Shown piece after piece: positions 19,304-27,690 of a stretch of DNA of 64,000 nucleotides. The translations under genes and the position numbers were made by a program. The notes under the pieces were generated by a model. The model was not told the origin of the DNA. It was given only the letters and a program-made list of their open reading frames with translations, and made no database searches. The first letter of the stretch is position 1. Every line of letters starts with the position of its first letter. Source of the DNA: an uncultured Spirochaetales bacterium (GTDB taxonomy: Bacteria; Spirochaetota; Spirochaetia; CAYLLE01); assembly GCA_964618265.1 (NCBI GenBank), contig CAZUAE010000002.1, positions 71,520 through 135,519 of the forward strand, read 5' to 3'.

Positions 19304-20164
19304 TTGACTGTAATCAAAATAAAGAGTAACTCTACAAGGATGATGGATCTACACACCCATTCTACAATATCGGACGGAAGTATGACACCTGAAGACCTTA
19401 TTTTGTATGCTCAGAAAAAGGGGCTGTCTTCCTTGGCACTTACAGATCATGATACTGTGGGAGGATTAGAAGAAGCTGAAACAGCAGCGTCAAAAAGTTC
19501 TATTATATTTATTCCGGGTATCGAAATCGAAATTACTTATTCCCCCGGGGTTTTTCATATTTTAGGTCTCGGTCTAAAAAAATGGCGGGAAGTTATACCG
19601 GAGAGATTATCACGTCTCAAAAAATATCGTTACACCCGCAATCAGAGAATCATCGAAAAAATGAAAAAAGCCGGTATACACATTGACTATTCCGAAGTGG
19701 AGGCTGTTTCAGGAGGTGATATTGTAGCAAGACCCCACTTTGCCCGAGTACTCGTTGATAGAGGAATTGCACGTTCAATAAAGGATGCATTTGAAAGGTT
19801 TCTTGGAACAGGTCAACCTTTTTATGAACCTATAAAGACACTCTCATTGTCCGAAGCAATACAGCTGATTCATGATGGAGGAGGCAAATCGATCCTTGCT
19901 CATCCCCAAAGTCTTTATCTGTCCAAAAAAAATTTTATTTCTTCTATAGAAAAATGGAAAGAGGCGGGACTTGATGGTATTGAGGCATACCATTCGAATT
20001 TAAAATACCGGCAGAGCATCTGGTATGAAAAAATTGCAAATGAATTAGATTTAGTTGTGACTGCAGGCTCTGATTTCCATGGAAAACATAGACCGGATCG
20101 AAAATTGGGTTATACCAGCTCTGGTATGAAGATTGAAGACCGCTTTCTAATACCTTTCATTTGA
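19304..20164 (+). CDS. PHP-domain phosphoesterase (TrpH/YciV-like); start may be 19340
   Basis: DLHTHSTISDG, LTDHDT, GIEI, HILGL, RPHFA, ILAHP, GSDFHG. Confidence 0.9.
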   Translation: MTVIKIKSNSTRMMDLHTHSTISDGSMTPEDLILYAQKKGLSSLALTDHDTVGGLEEAETAASKSSIIFIPGIEIEITYSPGVFHILGLGLKKWREVIPERLSRLKKYRYTRNQRIIEKMKKAGIHIDYSEVEAVSGGDIVARPHFARVLVDRGIARSIKDAFERFLGTGQPFYEPIKTLSLSEAIQLIHDGGGKSILAHPQSLYLSKKNFISSIEKWKEAGLDGIEAYHSNLKYRQSIWYEKIANELDLVVTAGSDFHGKHRPDRKLGYTSSGMKIEDRFLIPFI

Positions 20165-20170
20165 ACCAAA

Positions 20171-20308
20171 GCAATTCTATATTTGCAATTTAGAATTGCC
20201 TTCTTACTAATATAGAAGGCGGAATTCTCATTTTATTCGGTTATTTTATTGCTAATTCTAAGAAATTACCTCGTTTTCTGCTGCCTAAAGGTATAAAATG
20301 AGAATTCC
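20171..20308 (+). repeat. Dispersed repeat, full copy (A+B+C), downstream of the PHP gene
   Basis: GCAATTCTATATTTGCAATTTAGAATTGC-CTTCTTACTAATATAGAAGGC-GGAATTCTCATTTTAT...ATAAAATGAGAATTCC. Confidence 0.9.
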
Positions 20309-20373
20309 TGTTTGATCCATGTGCTTAGTTAAAGTTTCAGGTATAAATGTTTAAACTATTTCACTTTTAACCC

Positions 20374-20817
20374 TTGTTAGATTTTGCGCCTATTTTTACA
20401 ATGGTAGGTATGGAAGCAGTTATGCGAAACCTGTTAAAAAAAATAAACCGCGGCAACATCGTGATTTTAAGATGGGTGTTAGCCCTCATACTAATAATTG
20501 GTGCTGTTACTCTATCAGCTTTATTGATCGTATATCCGCTTTGGTATGCCGCCGTACATTGGCAGCAGTACTATACTTTATTTTCATTGCTGCTGATTGG
20601 ATCCGGTATATTATTTCTGGTTATTTCAAAATTCCTTAAAAAAATTAATTCTTTTAAAGGCAAAAGTATAATCAGATTCTTCATTATCATTATTCTTTTT
20701 TCTTTATTGTATGTAATAATTATTTTATTTGCAGAAGAATTTTTTATATTTGCTATAATTCTTAGCATATTATTCTTCGTTTCACTTTCACTGTTGATAG
20801 CAAACACACAAAAATGA
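20374..20817 (+). CDS. Hypothetical integral membrane protein (about 4 TM helices)
   Basis: Four long hydrophobic stretches; upstream of the M23 gene. The start is probably one of the ATGs at 20401-20422. Confidence 0.55.
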   Translation: MLDFAPIFTMVGMEAVMRNLLKKINRGNIVILRWVLALILIIGAVTLSALLIVYPLWYAAVHWQQYYTLFSLLLIGSGILFLVISKFLKKINSFKGKSIIRFFIIIILFSLLYVIIILFAEEFFIFAIILSILFFVSLSLLIANTQK

Positions 20818-20829
20818 GCGAGTCTACTA

Positions 20830-21780
20830 GTGATTAAATCAACTTATAATTCTTTTTATAGTTTTATTTTTTCTTTTCAAATAATACCCTCTAACCGTAG
20901 AAAAATTAAAATAATCATAACAATGCTATTACTAGTTACATTTAGAGCTTTTTGTGATTTCCCGGAAATAAAATCCATATCCCCCAGCGATACATTATTT
21001 GCGCAACTCCAGCGAGACATTTCAAGTTATTATAAGGCGGCGGAGGGGAATGGTACGGTACCCTCATTAGTTTTTTATCAGTATACTCCTCGACCAGGGG
21101 AAGATATTCTATCAATCTCAGCAAAATTATCTCTAAATTATGATACTATAGTGTCTCTTAACGATATCTCATCTATAAATGAGTCACTTAATAAAACACT
21201 AATTATTCCCAACACTCCCGGTCTTTTTATACGTCAAAAACCGGTTTCTGAATTTGATAGCTTATTATTCGCCAACAGAGATTTTTCTAAAGATAACTAT
21301 TCCCCTATCACCCTCAATATAGATGGGAAAAAGGTAAAATTTCATGTGATACCGGGGGGAAAATTAAATCCCCGGGAAAGAGCCTTTTTCTTAGGAGCTT
21401 TTTTTAGAAAACCCTTATCGGGCGGACGTCTATCGTCGAAATTCGGATTACGTTTAAATCCCTTTACAGGTATTAGCAGTTTTCATCATGGATTAGATAT
21501 TGTCGTTCCCACGGGTACTCCAGTAGCTGCCGCAGCTCCAGGCAAAGTAATAAAAAAAGGGTATGATCCTATTTACGGTTTCTACATTGAATTGTTCCAT
21601 GAGCCATATTATCAAACATTTTATGGACACTTAAACAGTACTGCGGTAGTATTAAATCAAGAGGTTTCTTCCGGGACGATTATAGGAACGGTGGGAAGCA
21701 CAGGACAATCTACCGGTCCTCACTTGCATTTTGAAATAAAAAGGAATAATACACCAGTGAATCCGGAAAATTATTTTTGA
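20830..21780 (+). CDS. LysM + M23 family peptidoglycan endopeptidase
   Basis: LysM-like YTPRPGEDILSISAKL; M23 zinc motifs HHGLD, YGHL and STGPHLHFE. Confidence 0.85.
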   Translation: MIKSTYNSFYSFIFSFQIIPSNRRKIKIIITMLLLVTFRAFCDFPEIKSISPSDTLFAQLQRDISSYYKAAEGNGTVPSLVFYQYTPRPGEDILSISAKLSLNYDTIVSLNDISSINESLNKTLIIPNTPGLFIRQKPVSEFDSLLFANRDFSKDNYSPITLNIDGKKVKFHVIPGGKLNPRERAFFLGAFFRKPLSGGRLSSKFGLRLNPFTGISSFHHGLDIVVPTGTPVAAAAPGKVIKKGYDPIYGFYIELFHEPYYQTFYGHLNSTAVVLNQEVSSGTIIGTVGSTGQSTGPHLHFEIKRNNTPVNPENYF

Positions 21781-21783
21781 TCT

Positions 21784-22809
21784 ATGATGGCATGGAAAAT
21801 AAAAAAACCATTTATTTTTTTTCTCTTCTGTTTAACCATATTTACAATGAAAGGCACAATGTATGCAGAACATATAAGAGGCCCTGTGGTAAGTATTATT
21901 TCATTGCAGAAGGATATGCTGGAGGAAAATTCGGAAGCAGTTCTCCGTATAGGAGATCTTAGTTTCATTGAATTAAGAGAAAATAATCCTCTGCTCCAAG
22001 GGATAGAATTGGAAATCTCAATTCCATCGGTAATTAAAAATTACGGGAATGCTGTAGAATTTATTCTATACAAAAATGTTGATCCTAAACCTAGTACAAA
22101 TATTATGGGATATGAAGGAGACCAAATTCATAATGAAATATTAAGCGGATCTGGTCGATTTTTTATACAAATTCCATTGATTGATCAGCATAGGATGCTG
22201 TCATCTTCAGAAGCAGCCCTTGTTTCTTCAACAGCAGATGAAGATGATTTTCCAATTCTTTTTGCTTTCTATCCAGTTGGAAAAGGATTTGACGTCCCTA
22301 AAACACTCAATTTTTCCGTAAAACCAAAACCGGTTTATCTTGATAAAGGTGGAATTTCTATTGTTTTTTTGGATGAAAATAACCGTAAACTCAATCAAAA
22401 CACAGAAAATCTCGATTTGCTTATATCCATCAATGAAGAAATACTTACTGATATACCTCACGTACTTTATATGAACACCGGTTTTCATAAATTAACCCTC
22501 CGTTCAGATACCTATGAAGATGAGGATTATACATTCGGAATAGAAAAGGGTGTAATAAATAAGATTACAATTCCTTTAGTCCGGGCTTTATCAAAATTAA
22601 ATATAATAGCACCAAAAAATGGCACCCTTATTCTGGACGGGGAGATACTTTCCCATAACTCCGGCACCTCAGTATTTGTTAAACCGGGAGAACATGAAAT
22701 AAAATTGAAAACAGAACGTTATACATTATCAAAACGATTTAATGTTAAAAAGAAAACCGATTATACAATCAGTTTTGCATTAGATGTTATAATCAAAGAG
22801 GATAATTAA
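21784..22809 (+). CDS. Exported hypothetical protein (beta-rich, PEGA-like C-terminus)
   Basis: N-terminal signal-like segment; C-terminal LILDGE...VKPGEHEIKL pattern. Probably co-transcribed with the M23 gene. Confidence 0.55.
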   Translation: MMAWKIKKPFIFFLFCLTIFTMKGTMYAEHIRGPVVSIISLQKDMLEENSEAVLRIGDLSFIELRENNPLLQGIELEISIPSVIKNYGNAVEFILYKNVDPKPSTNIMGYEGDQIHNEILSGSGRFFIQIPLIDQHRMLSSSEAALVSSTADEDDFPILFAFYPVGKGFDVPKTLNFSVKPKPVYLDKGGISIVFLDENNRKLNQNTENLDLLISINEEILTDIPHVLYMNTGFHKLTLRSDTYEDEDYTFGIEKGVINKITIPLVRALSKLNIIAPKNGTLILDGEILSHNSGTSVFVKPGEHEIKLKTERYTLSKRFNVKKKTDYTISFALDVIIKEDN

Positions 22810-22950
22810 TACGGCAGATTTTATTACTTTTATTTTATATATTATCAGAATTGTTAGTAAAAAGGGCTTTTCTATCTGCTTAAAAAGCTGTAAAATACAT
22901 TTAGTGGAAAAAACTCTTAAGGTTATTCCATGATCGACGATAATGAGAAT

Positions 22951-23044
22951 ATATCGGTACTTAATGTAGTTCCCCTCCCAGTTTACTATATTAAGCCGAT
23001 AACCGATATGTGGGCCGGTTCTTATGAACCGGCCTCTTTTTTTT
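22951..23044 (+). ncRNA. Candidate structured RNA: long hairpin with a C-rich loop, followed by an intrinsic terminator
   Basis: TATCGG-TA-CTTAATGTAGT / loop TCCCCTCCCAGTTT / ACTATATTAAG-CCGATA. Terminator GGCCGGTTC-TTAT-GAACCGGCC-TC-T8 at 23013-23044. Confidence 0.4.
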
Positions 23045-23084
23045 AAAAAACCTCAATCGGTTAGTATTAAATGGGGAAATTGAT

Positions 23085-23130
23085 AATCATGCCTTTTTCT
23101 GCTGCATAAAGGAATAAAAAGAGAATTCCT
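23085..23130 (+). repeat. Dispersed repeat, right half of module C
   Basis: AATCATGCCTTTTTCTGCTGCATAAAGGAATAAAAAGAGAATTCCT. Confidence 0.75.
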
Positions 23131-23140
23131 CTGTATAATC

Positions 23141-23169
23141 TTGACAAATAATCATTCCATTCGTACTGT
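23141..23169 (+). promoter_or_regulatory. sigma70 promoter of the PBP1A gene, probably giving a leaderless mRNA
   Basis: TTGACA-N17-TACTGT. The ATG at 23176 is 7 nt after the -10 element and there is no SD. Confidence 0.6.
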
Positions 23170-23175
23170 GATACC

Positions 23176-25698
23176 ATGGTAAAAACTGAAAAAAGACACA
23201 TAATTATAGGCATTTCAATCGCCTTGATTATTATATTTTCTTCCGGAATCGGGGTTGCCCTGGGAATGGCTTTGGGGGAAACAAAAAACCTCAGAAATAT
23301 GGAAGGAATGGAAAGCGATAACCTAAAACTCCCGTCGCAAGTTTTAGACCGTGACGGCAAACGTATAACGGAATTTTTCTCTGAAGAGAAAAGGGAAATC
23401 GTTACAATTGAAGAACTACCTCATCATCTTGTTTATGCCCTCTTAACCAGAGAAGATAGAAATTTCTACGGACACCGCGGAATTAGTCTTTGGTATACAG
23501 CAAGAGCTGCATGGAATATATTGTTACAAAAGATTACCGGCGGCAGGTTAGGTTATTTCTCCGGCGGAAGCACCATTACACAGCAAGTAGCAAAGATGGT
23601 TTATCTAGATCCCAACGATATCTCAATAAAAAGAAAATTAAAGGAATATTGGTTAGCCTTTCAATTGGAACGCCAGTATTCTAAGGATGAAATCCTTGAA
23701 CTCTACTTGAATAAAATGCCCTTTGGACATAATACCTACGGTGTAGAGACGGCCTCGCAATTTTATTTTGGCCATTCCGCTAGAGAAATCACCCTTGCAG
23801 AATCTGTAATACTGGTAATTCAGCTTTCCAGTCCCGGTGGAAATTCTCCCATCCGTTACCCGGAACGTGCCAGAACCCGCCAACGGGAAATCTTAAATCA
23901 AATGGTAAATCTTGGTTATACCACTCGGGAAGAAGCTGACGCATCTTACAGTCAATTCTGGGCTGAGTATGACTACACAAGGTCCAACACAACAACTGCT
24001 TTTTTTGCGCGAGAGGATGAGGCCCCTTGGTTCAGCGAATACGTACGGATGCAGCTCGATCAAATGTTAGCGGGAACCATAAATTTTTATACCGATGGTC
24101 TTATAATTCATACTACACTGGATTTAGATTATCAAAAAATAGCGGATGAGGTAATGAGGGACGGATATGCAAAAATAAATGCAACATACCGGAAACTCAC
24201 AAATAATCAGCTTCAAAAGGCGGATGAGGAAATCGTACCGCTTATGGATATGTTAGCTCTTCTTTTTGATATGGAGGGCTTTAAAGTTGCCGATCTTTCA
24301 GGTCAGAAGGATGCTCAAGATAATTTTAAGGATGTTTTAAACCCCTTGGTGGACCTTACCTCTCTTATGTTTGGTTCAGAAAGCAATGCCCTGAGACAGT
24401 TTAGTCAGAACGTCTATAAGAAAAAAGCTGCTGAATTGGAACGTACTACGGTAGAAGGAGCCCTCATCTCCATTGATCCGGAAACAGGCCATATTTTGTC
24501 GATGGTTGGAGGCAGCAAATTTGAAGAGGGTAATCAGTATAACAGAGCAATGCAGGCTCGGGTCCAGCCCGGATCTTCCATAAAACCACTCTACTATTCC
24601 GCTGCTATTGACAGCAGAGAATTCACTACTGCCAGCATTATTTATGACACTCCGGTTATTTTTTGGAATGATGACAATACACCTTATAAACCTCAAAATT
24701 ATAAAGGTGAGTGGGAAGGCCGTGTACTCTTTAGACGCGCATTAATACGGTCCATGAATGTTCCTTCCCTTAAGATACTTGACTATATCGGGTTTGACAG
24801 GGCTATTGATAGGATAGGCGCTTTACTCGATATTCCGAAATCCGAATATGTTAGAAGAAACATCGTAAAAAGATATCCGATAGGATTGGGGGTTATATCT
24901 GTTGCACCCGTGGAGATGGCCAAAGCATTTTCTGTGTTTGCAAATCAAGGGAAAGAAGTAGAGCCTATAGCAGTAACTTACATAACCGACCGTAGTGGTA
25001 AGATCATCCTGGAACCTGAAAAGAATTTACGCCAGGAGCAAGCATCCCGCAATCTACAGGTGATATCACCGCAAACCGCATATATAATGGTCGATCTATT
25101 AAAATCTACCGTGTATGACGGAGGCACATTAACAGTCGCCGCAGATTCCGTGGGTGGATTGGATGACGGTATTTCCATGGCAGGTAAAACCGGAACGGTA
25201 CAAAATTGGTCCGACATCTGGACTGTTGGTTTTTCACCCTATATGACAACTGCAATCTGGTTTGGTTTTGATAAAGCAGGCAGTTCATTAGGGGTATATC
25301 AAACCGGAGGCGGAACTGTCGGTCCAATTTGGGCTAAATATATGAAAAAGGCACATGAAGATTTACCTCCAAAAGAATTTATCAAACCTCATACTGGACT
25401 TGTTGAAGCGGAAGTTAGTGCGGAAACGGGGCTCCTCCCTCCTCCCGATTATTCCCGGCCCACGATAGAAGAGATTTTCCTTGAAGGAACTGTTCCGCAA
25501 CAATATTGCGAAATTGACTCGAAAGAGGATGAGGAAAAATCAAAATTTATTGATAAGATCAAAAATGATCTTTTGGTTTTTGATTTTTTTGACTCTGATG
25601 AAAAGGATATACCTGATTTTACTGAACCGGCTTTTGATTTTGATATTGATACCGAAACATCTGATGATCAGGAATCAAAAAATCCCTGGTTAGATTAA
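23176..25698 (+). CDS. mrcA: Class A penicillin-binding protein (PBP1A)
   Basis: TM anchor; transglycosylase motifs EDRNF, GGSTITQQVAK, RKLKE and KDEILELYLN; transpeptidase motifs SSIK, SMN and KTG; acidic tail. Confidence 0.92.
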   Translation: MVKTEKRHIIIGISIALIIIFSSGIGVALGMALGETKNLRNMEGMESDNLKLPSQVLDRDGKRITEFFSEEKREIVTIEELPHHLVYALLTREDRNFYGHRGISLWYTARAAWNILLQKITGGRLGYFSGGSTITQQVAKMVYLDPNDISIKRKLKEYWLAFQLERQYSKDEILELYLNKMPFGHNTYGVETASQFYFGHSAREITLAESVILVIQLSSPGGNSPIRYPERARTRQREILNQMVNLGYTTREEADASYSQFWAEYDYTRSNTTTAFFAREDEAPWFSEYVRMQLDQMLAGTINFYTDGLIIHTTLDLDYQKIADEVMRDGYAKINATYRKLTNNQLQKADEEIVPLMDMLALLFDMEGFKVADLSGQKDAQDNFKDVLNPLVDLTSLMFGSESNALRQFSQNVYKKKAAELERTTVEGALISIDPETGHILSMVGGSKFEEGNQYNRAMQARVQPGSSIKPLYYSAAIDSREFTTASIIYDTPVIFWNDDNTPYKPQNYKGEWEGRVLFRRALIRSMNVPSLKILDYIGFDRAIDRIGALLDIPKSEYVRRNIVKRYPIGLGVISVAPVEMAKAFSVFANQGKEVEPIAVTYITDRSGKIILEPEKNLRQEQASRNLQVISPQTAYIMVDLLKSTVYDGGTLTVAADSVGGLDDGISMAGKTGTVQNWSDIWTVGFSPYMTTAIWFGFDKAGSSLGVYQTGGGTVGPIWAKYMKKAHEDLPPKEFIKPHTGLVEAEVSAETGLLPPPDYSRPTIEEIFLEGTVPQQYCEIDSKEDEEKSKFIDKIKNDLLVFDFFDSDEKDIPDFTEPAFDFDIDTETSDDQESKNPWLD

Positions 25699-25712
25699 CG
25701 AGGAGGCAAAGG

Positions 25713-26102
25713 GTGCAAAGGGGGATAGAAGAAATTGTTATTCGCAAAAGAATACGGAAAAACCTTGGTGACCTTAATTCATTAATGGAAAGTATGAAAA
25801 AATACGGTCTCCTCAATCCAATAACAATTACCCGGGACAATGTTCTAATAGCAGGCCATAGGCGGCTTGAATCGGCAAAACGGCTTGGATGGGAAACTAT
25901 TTCTGTCCGTATTACCGACGGTGATGATCAAAGCCGCCAGCTGGAAATAGAAATTGAAGAAAATACCCATCGTAAAAATCTAACCACTGATGAATTAGCT
26001 GAAGGTTATATTCGTCTTGAGAAATTAAAACACCCGGGATTTTTTCGCCGAATATGGACTGCTATTAAAGATTTTTTCAAAAAAATCTTTAATAAAAGAT
26101 AA
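25713..26102 (+). CDS. Stand-alone ParB/Srx N-terminal (CTP-binding) domain protein with a C-terminal amphipathic helix
   Basis: LMESMKKYGLLNPITI, LIAGHRRL (GxxR), EIEENTHR. SD GAGGAGG, GTG start. C-terminus GFFRRIWTAIKDFFKKIF. Confidence 0.85.
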   Translation: MQRGIEEIVIRKRIRKNLGDLNSLMESMKKYGLLNPITITRDNVLIAGHRRLESAKRLGWETISVRITDGDDQSRQLEIEIEENTHRKNLTTDELAEGYIRLEKLKHPGFFRRIWTAIKDFFKKIFNKR

Positions 26103-26108
26103 CTCTAA

Positions 26109-27680
26109 CTAGCTAATCCATATATCCTGAAACTGATGAGGCTGCTCACAATAAGTACATATAAATGTATTCTCTTCCGAGCGGGAGAATTCCTGAATAA
26201 CATGCTCATTGTTTCCGGCAGACGAAATACAATCCGGATTTTTGCAGGATATCTCTTCAAAATCATAAATTCTTGGAGGCATATGGAGGCGGTACTTTTT
26301 AGAAACTTGTGCGTTTTCAATAATATTCAATGTACATCCTGGAGATATTGCTCCGAGCATTTTTATTCGCTGTTCATTGAAATTTGTATATCCGGGAAGA
26401 GATATAATACCCTTCATATTTCCTGAGTGCGAATGAAAAACACCATGAGATCCAATAGTGCTTAAATCAAGTATCCTTCTTATCTTATCGATGTGGTCCC
26501 ATATCTTAATAGGCGTTCCCCCCTTACCTATATGGTCAATAACCAAACCATTCTCTACTGGTTTGATTCCTACCTTATATTCAGGTTTTTTATTTCTCGA
26601 GACAACAGTTTCTTCTACAAAATCATCATGAAATTCCCTTTCCGCCATTATCTTTCCCGAAAAATCTTCACCAATAGATCCTCCTAACATAGCTATTTCC
26701 GTTATACGGGTAAAATACCCGTTCCTGGATTGTTCATCCCACCAATTTAACGGTGTATTATCTAAAAAAGCTGGAATCGTTGGTTTTGTTCCATGTCTCG
26801 GCAGCGGATGATAAAACCTGGTACCCTCGGGTAAAAGATCGATATGATTTTTCCGAAAAGTTACCGACTGCCTAAGGTAGTCCTCTTTTTCAAGAAGCTG
26901 TTCTCCCATTCGCTCAAGCTGTAACCGTGTAAAATACCAGATATCGGCTACATCAGAATACTTTAAGTATTGATCAATGTTATCAAAAATTCTAACTTCA
27001 TATCCAAGGCGTACCATTGAATTGACATAATACTCCGGCATCTCAAGACCCTTCGGTGCGACCAGATCGACTTTAACTTTTCCAAATATTTTTAGCCCAT
27101 CCACTTTCGAATGAACGGTCCTTCCATGGAATAAATCCCCAACTAACGCACAGTGTATTTTTTCCCGGTCCCATTTTTTTGCTTCAAGAAAGCTAAACTC
27201 ATCTAAAAATTCTTGTGTTGGATGCTCATGTCTTCCGTCCCCTGCATTGATAAAGGCTGGATTAGGTAAATTGTTTTTCTGGGCATAGGTACCCATTGCG
27301 CGTTGAAGCCATCGGCACAATCCTTCCGTCCGGCTTCTTACTACAAATATGGATCGGGAACTGTATCCTACTAACATCTTTATAGTATCAGTAATTGTCT
27401 CTTTTTTCCCAATGGAGGAGCTTTGCGAAGAAAAATCGTTTACCCTTGACAGATGAAACTTTCCCGCATTCCTAAAAGATTCTTTGGTTCTGGTAGAATT
27501 TTCAAGAAACAGCAGGTAAACGCAAACATCAGGATTGCCAAGTCTGAAATAATCCGTATTTTTTCCGGTTTTGATTGCTTCTTTCAGCTTCCGGGTTTTT
27601 TCATAAAGATATACCTGTTCATCTGTAGAAAGGTCGTTTACTATTTGTATTGTTCTACCAATAAAAGGATTATCACTCAA
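26109..27680 (-). CDS. pyrBI: Fused aspartate carbamoyltransferase catalytic and regulatory subunits
   Basis: Catalytic ENSTRT, HPTQ, GDLFHGRTVHS and HPLP. Regulatory VIDHI and zinc cysteines CKNPDC...CTYC. Confidence 0.93.
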   Translation of the reverse strand: MSDNPFIGRTIQIVNDLSTDEQVYLYEKTRKLKEAIKTGKNTDYFRLGNPDVCVYLLFLENSTRTKESFRNAGKFHLSRVNDFSSQSSSIGKKETITDTIKMLVGYSSRSIFVVRSRTEGLCRWLQRAMGTYAQKNNLPNPAFINAGDGRHEHPTQEFLDEFSFLEAKKWDREKIHCALVGDLFHGRTVHSKVDGLKIFGKVKVDLVAPKGLEMPEYYVNSMVRLGYEVRIFDNIDQYLKYSDVADIWYFTRLQLERMGEQLLEKEDYLRQSVTFRKNHIDLLPEGTRFYHPLPRHGTKPTIPAFLDNTPLNWWDEQSRNGYFTRITEIAMLGGSIGEDFSGKIMAEREFHDDFVEETVVSRNKKPEYKVGIKPVENGLVIDHIGKGGTPIKIWDHIDKIRRILDLSTIGSHGVFHSHSGNMKGIISLPGYTNFNEQRIKMLGAISPGCTLNIIENAQVSKKYRLHMPPRIYDFEEISCKNPDCISSAGNNEHVIQEFSRSEENTFICTYCEQPHQFQDIWIS

Positions 27681-27690
27681 CTAAAACTCC

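Noticed and set aside
22976-23009. GCCGATAA as a sigma28 -10 box upstream of PBP1A
   Set aside because: There is no TAAA -35 at 15-nt spacing, and the sequence is better explained as one arm of the RNA hairpin.
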